Below, one piece after another: positions 30,833-40,225 of a stretch of 64,000 nucleotides of DNA. This DNA is from an uncultured Pseudomonadota bacterium. Lineage in GTDB: Bacteria > Bdellovibrionota_B > Oligoflexia > Oligoflexales > CAIYRB01. The stretch's first letter is position 1. Every line of letters begins with the position of its first letter. The stretch covers positions 12,172 through 76,171 of the forward strand of contig CAIWTN010000077.1 in assembly GCA_903915625.1 (NCBI GenBank), written 5' to 3'. A model generated the notes under the pieces. It saw nothing but the letters and a program-made list of their open reading frames with translations. It had not been told where the DNA came from and made no database searches. Made by a program: the position numbers and the translations under genes.

Positions 30833-32590
30833 TCAGCGGGCCATTTGCTTCTCGACTAGGTGAAAGTAAACCCCTTGCTTATTCTGGATGAGGTCATCGT
30901 GAGTCCCTTTTTGCACGATGCGTCCATGGGCGAGCACGACTACTTGATCTGCGTACCTTACCGTCGATAGGCGGTGCGCGATCACGAGCACAGTACGCCC
31001 GCGCATCAAGCGTTGCAAGGCCTCCTGTACTAAAGACTCACTCTCAGCATCAAGTGCACTAGTAGCCTCGTCTAGGATCAGAATCTTTGGATCTTTTAAC
31101 ATCGCTCGTGCAATCGCAATGCGCTGGCGCTGCCCTCCAGAAAGTTGCACGCCCCTTTCTCCAACGAGGGTGTCATAGCCGTTAGGAAACCGCTGAATGA
31201 ACTCCTCTGCGTGTGCCGATAAAGCTGCCGACTTGATATCTTCGAACGATGCATCTGGACGCCCATAAGCGATGTTGTCGCGGATGCTGGTCGACATTAA
31301 TATTGGCTCCTGAGCCACGGTGCCGATAGAGCGCCGCAGGCTTGAGCCAGACAGTGTTGTTAGATTTTGGCTGTCTAGGGTGACGGTGCCACTCAATGGG
31401 TCATAAAAGCGCTGGAGTAAGCCTGCAATCGTCGATTTTCCGCTACCGGAAGCCCCAACTAGGGCGACTACTTTTCCCGGACGGATATCCAGATCGATAT
31501 CTTGCAGGACTGGTACGTCAGAGCGAGTAGGGTAGGCGAAGCTAACATGTTTGAATTGAATATCGCCATCGACCTGAGTCAGCGTCTGCCCGTCTTCGTT
31601 TGGCAAACTAGGCACGCGGTCGAGAATTTGAAAAATGCGCCCCGCCGCGCCTGCCGCACTCATAAAATCAGTCCATAGACTGCCTAAGGTGCCGGCGCTT
31701 ACAGCGACGGTCACCGTGTATAGAATGTACGCCGACATCGTTCCAATAGTTAGCTCTCCAACTACAACCTGCCTAGCTCCGTACCATAGGACAGCGGCTA
31801 TGGCAGTCAGGCCCCAAAGAGAGATGAGTCCCATGAACTTACCGATTTTTCTGATCCGTCCGCGTGCCAATTCCAAAGCATGATCTAATGCTAGGGAAAA
31901 TCTTTGGTTTTCTGTTTGTTCCGCGGCAAAGGAGCGGACGGTGCGAATGTTGGTCAGGGTTTCGTCAGCGACGGCACTGGCAACGCCAAGTGCCTCCTGG
32001 ACTTGCCGCGAGGTGCCGCGAATTTGTCCACCGAATCTGGCGACAACCACTGCTGCTGGTGGTAGTGCTGCCAAAAGCACCAGCGTCAGCTTGGGTGCTG
32101 TAATCACCATCAATACTAGACCACCAATGGTGGAGGCGAGATTTCGCAGTAGCATCGAAATGTTGACGCTCAGTGCATTTTGCAAAACACTAGCATCTGT
32201 CGTTAGGCGACTAAGAAGGTCGCCAGTCATCTGACTGTCAAAAAAACCGACCTCCTGGCGTAGTAGCGACTGAAATAACTGGGCCTTGATAGCGCGCACT
32301 GTGCGTTCGCCAGAATAGGTGAACAGGTAATAGCGTGCCGCCGAGGTAATCGCAGTGGTGATAAGGATAGCCATCATCGCGAGACCGATGCGATCTATAC
32401 TTGCAACATCACCGTGATTTAGAGCTTGGTCTAAGGCCTCTCGTACTGCTTGCGGAAAAATTAAGGTGAGTGATGATGAGATAGCCAAACAAACGGTGCC
32501 CCAAATTAGGCGCCGCCGTTCCGGTTTAGCGAACTTAAGTAGTTTACTGAGGGCAGTGAAACGGCCTAGGTTCGCAAGATCGTCAGTCAC
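30833..32590 (-). CDS. ABC exporter, fused TMD-NBD (MsbA/ABCB10-like)
   Basis: TM domain, GASGSGKST, LSGGQRQRIAIAR, LDEATSALD, IAHRLST. Confidence 0.93.
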   Translation of the reverse strand: MTDDLANLGRFTALSKLLKFAKPERRRLIWGTVCLAISSSLTLIFPQAVREALDQALNHGDVASIDRIGLAMMAILITTAITSAARYYLFTYSGERTVRAIKAQLFQSLLRQEVGFFDSQMTGDLLSRLTTDASVLQNALSVNISMLLRNLASTIGGLVLMVITAPKLTLVLLAALPPAAVVVARFGGQIRGTSRQVQEALGVASAVADETLTNIRTVRSFAAEQTENQRFSLALDHALELARGRIRKIGKFMGLISLWGLTAIAAVLWYGARQVVVGELTIGTMSAYILYTVTVAVSAGTLGSLWTDFMSAAGAAGRIFQILDRVPSLPNEDGQTLTQVDGDIQFKHVSFAYPTRSDVPVLQDIDLDIRPGKVVALVGASGSGKSTIAGLLQRFYDPLSGTVTLDSQNLTTLSGSSLRRSIGTVAQEPILMSTSIRDNIAYGRPDASFEDIKSAALSAHAEEFIQRFPNGYDTLVGERGVQLSGGQRQRIAIARAMLKDPKILILDEATSALDAESESLVQEALQRLMRGRTVLVIAHRLSTVRYADQVVVLAHGRIVQKGTHDDLIQNKQGVYFHLVEKQMAR

Positions 32591-32614
32591 AGTTTATCCT
32601 ATCGTCAAAAGACG

Positions 32615-35317
32615 TTAGCTAAGTGAGGATGTCGGCTCTATAGCCTCCGATACTATACGCACTTCACCGGCACCCGCATCAACGATCAGGTGTTGTCCGG
32701 AGCGGATGCTTGATGTGAGGCCCGAGACGCCAATAATCGTCGGTAATCCAAGCTCCCGCGCCACGACAGCGGAGTGGGATAGCAGGCTGCCCCTTTCCAC
32801 AACCAAGGCGGAACAAACGGGATAGAGGGTAACCCAGCCTGGATCAGTGCGCTCTGCCACAAGTATCTCGCGGTTGACTACTTTTGCTTCGGTAAAAGTA
32901 CGCGCTACGAGGGCTTTTCCCTCGACCCGGCCGGGGTAACAGGAGGTGCCCACAAGGATGTTGCTGCCTATGACGCCATGGGTTTGAGGTTGTTGGTGGA
33001 GCGCGGAGTAAATACTCGTTAGACCTGGGACGCCCCTGCTGACTATGCGTTCTGCCGGTGCCGGAGTCTGATCGTAGGTCGTATATTCGGTGCTTCTTAG
33101 ATGAATCGTGCCCTTCAGATCGAGGCTTACAGCTTTGCCGTGAACTAAATTTTCAAGTTCGTCCACAGTCAGCCAGAAGATATCTTTCGGACTGGAGATT
33201 AGATTGAGTTTGGTCAGATGCTGCCCCATGGCTCTAAATATTCGCCGTGGTACTCCGTAGGTGCGAGAGCGGAGCAAGCGGAGGCTTTCCCTGTCCGCTA
33301 TTGCGGCACTGCACTGTTTGACGAGCCAACGCATAATCCAGCGTCGCATGCCGCTCATGGTGCTGATCAATTGTTCCGCCTCCTTGCGGCGGTCGGTTTT
33401 GTCGTCGCGGCGAGTTGCCGTGGTTTGAAGGGGTGCACTTAGATAAGTTTTTAGCAAAACAAAAATAGGACTGGCGTCGTAGGTCAAATCATCGGTCTCA
33501 AGTTTTGCCTCGTCGGCGCATCTGCAGCCATACTCGCGCAGATATTCGTCAACCTCTTTGCTCAGTGCGCGCAGTTCGTAGGATTCGCGTAATTTGCTGA
33601 TGGCCTCTTCTGGTTGGACCTGCAGTAACCAGTCGCGGCCGGGCAAAGATCCTTCCCGTATTCGCTGGGCTAGTTGCATTAGAATACGGGCTGGTGCAGC
33701 TGATACGAGCTCAGCTTCTTGACCAAGTAGATCGTTAAAAATTTGCTTGTCGTTCGGTAACCAAGCCTCTGTTGTCTTTTTCAGAATGCCAAAAAACAGC
33801 ATGCATCGCGTGTCATTTAGTATCGGAGCCTGCCAATGCAGGACAAGCTCGTTGTAGGCGAGCTGATACGCCTGTAGTTGATCCCTTAAACTCATTTTCG
33901 AATAGTCGGATTCCATGGCAGCGTCGCAAACTTTCACGACCCGTTGACGGAAGTCCTCAATGCATTTTTGCAGAGTTGCCAAGCGGTAGATTGCGGTACC
34001 GATCAGGAGGATTTTACGCGTCAAACTTGGTTTATAGCCGGGACCCGTGGAGTCAAAAAACTTGTCTGCTTGATCGCCGAGGCTCTCCTTTACCCCCATC
34101 ATTGTTTCCATAAAGCTGGAACTAGATTTGGCATTGGGTAGTAGATAGAGTAGCTTGTACCAGTTTAGTAAATTGTAATAGACGCGGCCGCGGACTAGGC
34201 CCAGCATGTTGCCGAATAATCTATCATTCGCTTGGATTGTGGTCTCGGGTACTCCCATAATCCGGCAAAAATCAATATAAACTTGTTTATATGACCGTGT
34301 CGCATGGCTAAATGTTAGCGGCATCACTGTACCAGAAAAACTCTCTACAATATTGGCATTGTCCCAGATAATTCGTTCGTCGCCGGCAATTTTCGCGGAG
34401 AATGCCGAATTACTTGGTAGATTTGCAATGGGTCTGGCTTGAAGTAGTAACAATGATCCGTCCGCGACGCACCACTCAAGGTCTAGCGGGTGGCCCAAGG
34501 ACTGCTCGATCGTCAAAGATGCACGGGCAATCTCCTGCACTTGCGTATGGCTAAGTGTTGCGGCAGTTGCCTTTGTCTTCGGGACTTCAACCTTTTGGGT
34601 GCCGCCCCCGATGCCTCTGCGGTAGCTGGACGTTTTTTTTGATACTTTACTCATCACAGTAAAATCGTGGCGATGTACTTCGAAGTGATCCGGTTCTAAG
34701 TCACCGTTCACCAGACCTTCACCAACACCTAGCACTGCATCAATAAGTAACCAATCATGAGTTTTTCCAGGTAGAGGGCTGCGGCTAAAAGCCACTCCGG
34801 ATACATCGGGATCAATCATCTCTTGAATAATGATTGCCATGCGACAGTCAATATTTACGAGCTTTTTGAGCTGCAGGTAAGTATTTACCCTGGCGCTGTA
34901 TGCAGAGATCCAGACAGCTTGAATTGCTGAGGTAATAGCATCCATGCCACTGACATAAAGTTGTGACTCGAAGAGTCCGGCAAAGCTATGATCTCTATGA
35001 TCTTCGCCAATAGCGCTTGAGCGGATGGCGAGATCTTTGTTGATCAGACCAGTAACTGTTAACGCTGAAGCTATCTGAGATTTTAGTGACTCAGGCCATT
35101 GACCACTACGAAGTGTGTCAAGAATGACATTCGTATCCGAGCTAGGACTCACGCCATTAGCAACGAGAAAGTTGTCACGCCATTCAGCGGCAAGGCAGAT
35201 AAAGCGAGGGATCTTGAAGCCTAAATCAGTGAGTCTGGCTAGGCCTAAAGCTTTTCCGCCTGCATTTTGGCCTGCTAGCAAAATATCGCGACTACTCTTT
35301 AATACGGTCGATTTCAT
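32615..35317 (-). CDS. PEP-utilising dikinase, RPH/PigC-type architecture
   Basis: N-terminal ATP-grasp (GGKA, IRSSAIGED..SFAG, LQARPI), large central domain, C-terminal phospho-His swivel domain (TDPGW, SLLSHSAVVARELG). Confidence 0.85.
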   Translation of the reverse strand: MKSTVLKSSRDILLAGQNAGGKALGLARLTDLGFKIPRFICLAAEWRDNFLVANGVSPSSDTNVILDTLRSGQWPESLKSQIASALTVTGLINKDLAIRSSAIGEDHRDHSFAGLFESQLYVSGMDAITSAIQAVWISAYSARVNTYLQLKKLVNIDCRMAIIIQEMIDPDVSGVAFSRSPLPGKTHDWLLIDAVLGVGEGLVNGDLEPDHFEVHRHDFTVMSKVSKKTSSYRRGIGGGTQKVEVPKTKATAATLSHTQVQEIARASLTIEQSLGHPLDLEWCVADGSLLLLQARPIANLPSNSAFSAKIAGDERIIWDNANIVESFSGTVMPLTFSHATRSYKQVYIDFCRIMGVPETTIQANDRLFGNMLGLVRGRVYYNLLNWYKLLYLLPNAKSSSSFMETMMGVKESLGDQADKFFDSTGPGYKPSLTRKILLIGTAIYRLATLQKCIEDFRQRVVKVCDAAMESDYSKMSLRDQLQAYQLAYNELVLHWQAPILNDTRCMLFFGILKKTTEAWLPNDKQIFNDLLGQEAELVSAAPARILMQLAQRIREGSLPGRDWLLQVQPEEAISKLRESYELRALSKEVDEYLREYGCRCADEAKLETDDLTYDASPIFVLLKTYLSAPLQTTATRRDDKTDRRKEAEQLISTMSGMRRWIMRWLVKQCSAAIADRESLRLLRSRTYGVPRRIFRAMGQHLTKLNLISSPKDIFWLTVDELENLVHGKAVSLDLKGTIHLRSTEYTTYDQTPAPAERIVSRGVPGLTSIYSALHQQPQTHGVIGSNILVGTSCYPGRVEGKALVARTFTEAKVVNREILVAERTDPGWVTLYPVCSALVVERGSLLSHSAVVARELGLPTIIGVSGLTSSIRSGQHLIVDAGAGEVRIVSEAIEPTSSLS

Positions 35318-35357
35318 TAAGTTGTCCTAGTCTCAAGAGATAGAAATAGCGCCAGCG

Positions 35358-36503
35358 TCAATATGGGTAGTGACTATTAGTCCGTCCTTCAATCTTCTGA
35401 AAGACGCCGATTTTGTAAATGCAGGTGATCTCGCTGCTGATAATCTTTTCGTATTTTATTGTGACATCTTCTAACTTTTCTAACTTAGTAGTGGGGGGAC
35501 AGAAACGAAAGTAGCGTGCTACTGCAAGGCCGCCTGTGGCCATGCCCACCGCAAGCTTTTGCATGATGTTCGGCGTGGTCGTAGTTGACCCAGAGTAAGA
35601 GGGGGTGTCGGAAAGTGACACAAAGTTGGCAATACTGGGGTTTTTTTCGAGGAACTCGTAAAGATCGGACTGTACATAGCTAATGGCGCAGGATTTGATG
35701 CCCTGTTGAATCTCGGAATAATGCAAATTAGAGCACTCGAGTGGGAGAGCCTCATCGTTTTCAAGCTGGCCACGCAGCAAGATTTTCAAAAAAAAGTTCT
35801 CTCGGGCTAAGCTCACTCTCAGCGTTGAGGCAAGCCTGTCGTTAAAGTAGCGATAATCACTTTTCGCGAGATTTAATTGTGGCAATTGATTGCCGTAAAT
35901 GAGGCGATTAAATACATATGATTGACCGATCATGGCTACTGCCAGTCGCCAGCGCCAGCGTGGAAATTTGTCTGCGAGATATTGTCTCTGCTCATCCATG
36001 GTGCGGCAGTGGAAAATAGCCAGTCCACGTGGCCCGATGACTCGCGTCGCAAATCGTGCTAATTTGCCGAATGCCTTCTCCCAGCGCCCTAAGTAAATAA
36101 TGGGGCCCCAATTGGAACGACTGAATAACTCCGTTAAGTTAATTTTGGTTTCGGTTGATAGATTGAGGCGACCAAATACCTCTTGGCGTTCCTCAGAGCT
36201 AAAAGACCGAGAACCGTAGCCAAAAAACCTGCGGTAATCCTCTAGGCTTAAGGTTTTCGCGGCCTCGATCCTAAGTTCTGTCAGATGGAGTTGCTGTGGT
36301 GAAACGTCCACGCACACTAGAGACTTTGGTGCTTTTGCAAATAAAGGTAGTACTCTCGCCCCACTGCCGGCTACGCAGACGACGCAGTTAGCATCCCGTG
36401 GCAGGATACTTAGTTCCACCGCTGTGTCTTCATTGGCAAGGCTGTAATTCAGGACTGAGAAGTATTCCAATGATTTTGGCCCCAAAGCAACAGAGCGCGA
36501 CAA
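35358..36503 (-). CDS. BtaA/DUF3419-like SAM-dependent transferase
   Basis: LNYSLANED..VE, VAGSG, VDVSPQQ.HL.ELR, G.WE, ENFF, SLSD. Confidence 0.75.
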   Translation of the reverse strand: MSRSVALGPKSLEYFSVLNYSLANEDTAVELSILPRDANCVVCVAGSGARVLPLFAKAPKSLVCVDVSPQQLHLTELRIEAAKTLSLEDYRRFFGYGSRSFSSEERQEVFGRLNLSTETKINLTELFSRSNWGPIIYLGRWEKAFGKLARFATRVIGPRGLAIFHCRTMDEQRQYLADKFPRWRWRLAVAMIGQSYVFNRLIYGNQLPQLNLAKSDYRYFNDRLASTLRVSLARENFFLKILLRGQLENDEALPLECSNLHYSEIQQGIKSCAISYVQSDLYEFLEKNPSIANFVSLSDTPSYSGSTTTTPNIMQKLAVGMATGGLAVARYFRFCPPTTKLEKLEDVTIKYEKIISSEITCIYKIGVFQKIEGRTNSHYPY

Positions 36504-36626
36504 GGCGCGACTGCGTGCCGTTTGGAAATATTATATAAACATGTCTAAATTAGTCTAAGTTAGGCTTACTCTAGCACAGAGATTTATTGAATCCAAACGA
36601 GATGAGAGCAGGCTTTTATTGGGGCT

Positions 36627-36648
36627 AGCGGCACACCTTGGTGCCGCT
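36627..36648. other. 8-bp GC-rich stem-loop between operon genes
   Basis: AGCGGCAC-accttg-GTGCCGCT just downstream of the 36666 stop; no U-tract. Confidence 0.45.
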
Positions 36649-36665
36649 GAGCTATTGGCGGCGCG

Positions 36666-38912
36666 TCATTTCAGCATTGCTAAAGCCCATAGCTGGCTGA
36701 AGCCCACTAATAGGCTACTTACCTCGACAAGTTGATAGCGATCGGGCCGGCGACGCCAGTATTGGATTGCGACAAAAAACAATAAAAAGGTCGGCCATGT
36801 CCATATGATAGTGCGCATGGATGCCCCGCCCACTGCAGACATTAAGCCGCAGATCATTAGGAGGTATCCGGTCAGTTTCGGCCCGTATGCCTGTAAATAG
36901 GTCTCCCGTCCCGGTGGAGCTTTGGGGTCTAACTTACGCGACACCTCGTATGCCATCGAGCCAGCAAGATTCGCAAGAATGAAACCAAATAAGATTCGCA
37001 GGTCGAGATCAGGGCGGCGTGGCACTGCCAATACCGGTAGCAAGTAAAGAGGTATGACAAGTAGTTGGTGAGTTATGGCGTAGAGTAACGGAGACTTTGC
37101 TAAGCGCTCGCCAACAAAGAACTCTCGTTCCATCAAAAGGAGATAAAGAGTGGTCGTAAGGCCCATGATGGCTGCCCATGTGGCTTGCAAGTAAGCTAGG
37201 CCGAAGGCCATCGCTGCCATGCAAGCAGTCATTGCGTGTATTGCAGAGCGCGCTTCACTGATTTTTAGCAAGCCGCGAGGGAGTGGTCGTCCCGGATTGA
37301 CGACACAGTCTTTTTGATAGTCCTTACATTCATCCATTAGCCGAGCTAGTACGAGAGCTGCTATGACAAAGATAAAGCTAAGTGCTGCAAGCAGCCAATT
37401 TGAACTCGGGCCGTTTGTGTCCATGCCGCCAAAAGTTGGTCCAGAAGCCACAAGTGCGAGCCCGGGCAAGGCGGCACGCTCGTGGAAGAACATCAGCCAG
37501 CGTTTGACCTTTGATTTCGGTCGCAAAGTTGTAGCGCGGTCGATGCGGGTCCGATGCCGGGGATCACGTGCTATCGGGAGCTTGGCAATTGATGTGATCT
37601 CGGGAAAGCGCCGGAGAATATCGACTGTTTTTTGGGGAAGGCGGTTAGTGACCAGAAAGCGCGAGCCTGCCGGTGAGCGTGCGATGAATGCATTCGTGTG
37701 TTTCAGCAGTGGGAACAGTTTTTGCTCCAGCTGGAAGTCGTCAGAAGGTAGGTGTGATCGGCCCGCATAGTACCAGCCATCAGACCTGATTTCCATGCGG
37801 TCACCAGTTAAGTGCCAAGGATACCCAGTGTTAATAGCGGGGGTTGGAACAATAGCCCGACTCGAATCGAGAAATGCTTCAGAGCATACATTAGGTCCCG
37901 ATACCCAAAGCCCTTCGGGGCGTACCTCTGTCGTTAGGAAGGGAAGTGGCTCCCCGATATAGCGAATCTGACTCTCACCATTGGCCCTTGCCTTGCTCAG
38001 TGCCACTCGGGCGTCAACAAGCGCTATGGGTTCTGCTTCGCTGCAGCCGTATACATGAGTTATCTCCGATTTCGGCCACCGTTTAGTTGCTGATTCGATA
38101 AGTCGGCAGTCAGTCGAGGCGCCGCCAATATAGATGTGTCTTAGACTTTCGAAACCGTGAACTTGGAGTAGTCGCTCGAGAAAGGCTGGGCTGGTCGTTA
38201 GAGTCTTGGGCTTTAGTGTCTTGGCGGCTCGTGCGAGCTTGTTAAGTGCACTATTGTTCCAGCGGTGGTCGACAATCATCGTGCCTCTGCCGCTGAATAA
38301 GTGCAGGGCTCCGATGGCGGGGAATAGCGTAAGGTCGGGCTCTTCGTAGGGATCGCGACAGCCACCCTCGGTCAAGATGTCGACTAAATCTACTGTGTAT
38401 TTATGAGTGCGGATAATGCCCTTCGGGCGTCCCTGTGTCCCCGAACTGAAGGTAATGGTCGCCCCGGAGTCGCCTGGAGTATCCTCTAAAATAAAATCAC
38501 CAGACCGTCGGGACAGAAGTTGGCTCAAGGTTGGTTGTATTTCAATCTTGCTCAAGGCGGGTATGCGGCTCATCAGGCGCCGAAGGAGGGGGGACGTGAC
38601 AAGGAACTTTGGCCGCGCCATTTGCACTGCGTATTCAATAGAATGAACATCAAGCCATGGCTCTAAAAACATCAGGCGCCCCCCTAGCCCGAGTACCGCG
38701 CAATATAGGGCGTAGGTTTCCGGGCTGGGTCTTAAAGCGAGCAACAGCGTGTCGCCAGGCTCAAAACTTAGGCTCCTCAAGCAGGTTTGCATAGTTGCCG
38801 CCAATGTCAGCAGCTGCTCGTACGTGACCTCTCCGCTCGTCTGATCCCACGTAGCTAGTTTGGTCGGAGCGCGGTCACGGCATAAAACGATACGTCCAAG
38901 GGAGTTCGTCAC
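36666..38912 (-). CDS. Fusion: OleC-like AMP-binding (adenylation) domain + UbiA-family prenyltransferase
   Basis: TFSSGTQGRPKG, YGCSEAEP, HLTGD, RDPRH..RIDR; then a multi-TM region with RLMDECKDYQKD..NPGRPLPRG and YEVSRK. Confidence 0.8.
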   Translation of the reverse strand: MTNSLGRIVLCRDRAPTKLATWDQTSGEVTYEQLLTLAATMQTCLRSLSFEPGDTLLLALRPSPETYALYCAVLGLGGRLMFLEPWLDVHSIEYAVQMARPKFLVTSPLLRRLMSRIPALSKIEIQPTLSQLLSRRSGDFILEDTPGDSGATITFSSGTQGRPKGIIRTHKYTVDLVDILTEGGCRDPYEEPDLTLFPAIGALHLFSGRGTMIVDHRWNNSALNKLARAAKTLKPKTLTTSPAFLERLLQVHGFESLRHIYIGGASTDCRLIESATKRWPKSEITHVYGCSEAEPIALVDARVALSKARANGESQIRYIGEPLPFLTTEVRPEGLWVSGPNVCSEAFLDSSRAIVPTPAINTGYPWHLTGDRMEIRSDGWYYAGRSHLPSDDFQLEQKLFPLLKHTNAFIARSPAGSRFLVTNRLPQKTVDILRRFPEITSIAKLPIARDPRHRTRIDRATTLRPKSKVKRWLMFFHERAALPGLALVASGPTFGGMDTNGPSSNWLLAALSFIFVIAALVLARLMDECKDYQKDCVVNPGRPLPRGLLKISEARSAIHAMTACMAAMAFGLAYLQATWAAIMGLTTTLYLLLMEREFFVGERLAKSPLLYAITHQLLVIPLYLLPVLAVPRRPDLDLRILFGFILANLAGSMAYEVSRKLDPKAPPGRETYLQAYGPKLTGYLLMICGLMSAVGGASMRTIIWTWPTFLLFFVAIQYWRRRPDRYQLVEVSSLLVGFSQLWALAMLK

Positions 38913-39086
38913 GCTCAGATCCTTCTATTAGTATTCAGGTGCTTATGTTCGCATTCTAACCCAAGCACTGTGTTCAAAACAAATATCTGTGATTTGTTTC
39001 AGTATTGGTCGCATGATACGATAGGGGAAATTCTCAGCTCCGATGTTTTTGTATACAGGTTAAGTTAGGAAATCCGGTAGTACGCC

Positions 39087-40139
39087 TTGCCGCGGGGTCA
39101 AATGTCACTAAGTCTAGAATCATATGCTGACGCCGCAGATAAGGCTGAATTTATCCAGGCGTTCAGAAACTTTGGACCCGAAGTAGTGGGTGCGTCGCAG
39201 CACTACTTCGAAACTCTCTTGCCGCTTTATATTGCATCAGGAAACATGTGGGTTGCGCGCTTCGAGGGGTCAGTGGTGGGGAGGCTAGCCGGTAGTAGAT
39301 CGGCAGTGGATCCGAGCCGGGGCGGCCTTGGACTTTTAGCGCTTGATGAACATCATTCAAGGCGGCGCGAGATCGGGCAGTTATTAATTCAAGCGTCACT
39401 AGACTGGCTGGCCAAACTCGGCGTGGATCAAACATTCGCACCCATTGATATCAATACTTGGTTCAGATTTCGCCTAGCAGAGGTTGACTTTCGTCATCCG
39501 CCTCGCTTCTCTTGGGAGCCAGGGGTACAGCAACTTTGGCAAGAGATTCTCCAGGAATCTGGATTCTCCAAGGCAATTCATTTCAAAACTGCTGTATTTG
39601 ACACGCCAGATCTTTCCCCTGCGCTAAGTGTATTAGGTCCGCATGTACGGCGCGCCGAGGCAGAGGGCTACACCTTTCGTAATTTTGCTAGCGATGGTGA
39701 TTTGGACCGCGATCTTCGACTAACCCATCAATTTTCCCATGCCTGTTTTCAAGGCACTGCATTATTTGAACCGCTCAATTTCCCACTCTATGAACGTTCG
39801 TTTGGACATATTATTAGGGCTGGTGCCAAAGACACGTCATTTTTTATCTGTGGACCAGACAAGAAGGAACTCGGGTTCATTTTTGCGTTCATAGAAAATG
39901 ATTACTTGGTGGTTAAGACCATTTACGTTCTGCCAGATTTCGCTCGCGAAAAAGCTCGTAAATGGGCTGCTTCAGCCACTTTATTGCACAGGGCTATTCA
40001 GCGTGGCATGGAACTTAAAGTTAGGGGAGGAGTGGCAGCTATGATGCGTGATGATGCCACTAGCAATCTGCTAGTGCGCTGGCAGAAGTGGATGGAACCT
40101 ATCATGCGTCACTACTTCCTGCTAGCACGTGATGTTTGA
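39087..40139 (+). CDS. GNAT-fold putative N-acyltransferase (YghO-like)
   Basis: VVGRLA, APIDINTWFRFRL, FSWEP, ESGF, FEPL..YE, GFIFAF, VVKTIYVLP. Start may be ATG 39102. Confidence 0.6.
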   Translation: MPRGQMSLSLESYADAADKAEFIQAFRNFGPEVVGASQHYFETLLPLYIASGNMWVARFEGSVVGRLAGSRSAVDPSRGGLGLLALDEHHSRRREIGQLLIQASLDWLAKLGVDQTFAPIDINTWFRFRLAEVDFRHPPRFSWEPGVQQLWQEILQESGFSKAIHFKTAVFDTPDLSPALSVLGPHVRRAEAEGYTFRNFASDGDLDRDLRLTHQFSHACFQGTALFEPLNFPLYERSFGHIIRAGAKDTSFFICGPDKKELGFIFAFIENDYLVVKTIYVLPDFAREKARKWAASATLLHRAIQRGMELKVRGGVAAMMRDDATSNLLVRWQKWMEPIMRHYFLLARDV

Positions 40140-40225
40140 TTCGAACCCATTGAGATGACGAGAGATTTGATATTTTATTTTTCTACACGATTTATATTTA
40201 AACTTATCCCGCATTTGGAGGCGTT

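Noticed and set aside
32615-35317. Rifampin phosphotransferase (resistance) or a second PEP synthase
   Set aside because: Only the domain order is shared with RPH and the biosynthetic context argues otherwise. It lacks the C-terminal PEP-binding barrel of PpsA, and the true ppsA is at 55164.
35358-36503. Standard DGTS betaine lipid operon
   Set aside because: No btaB next to it; the neighbours do not fit that pathway.
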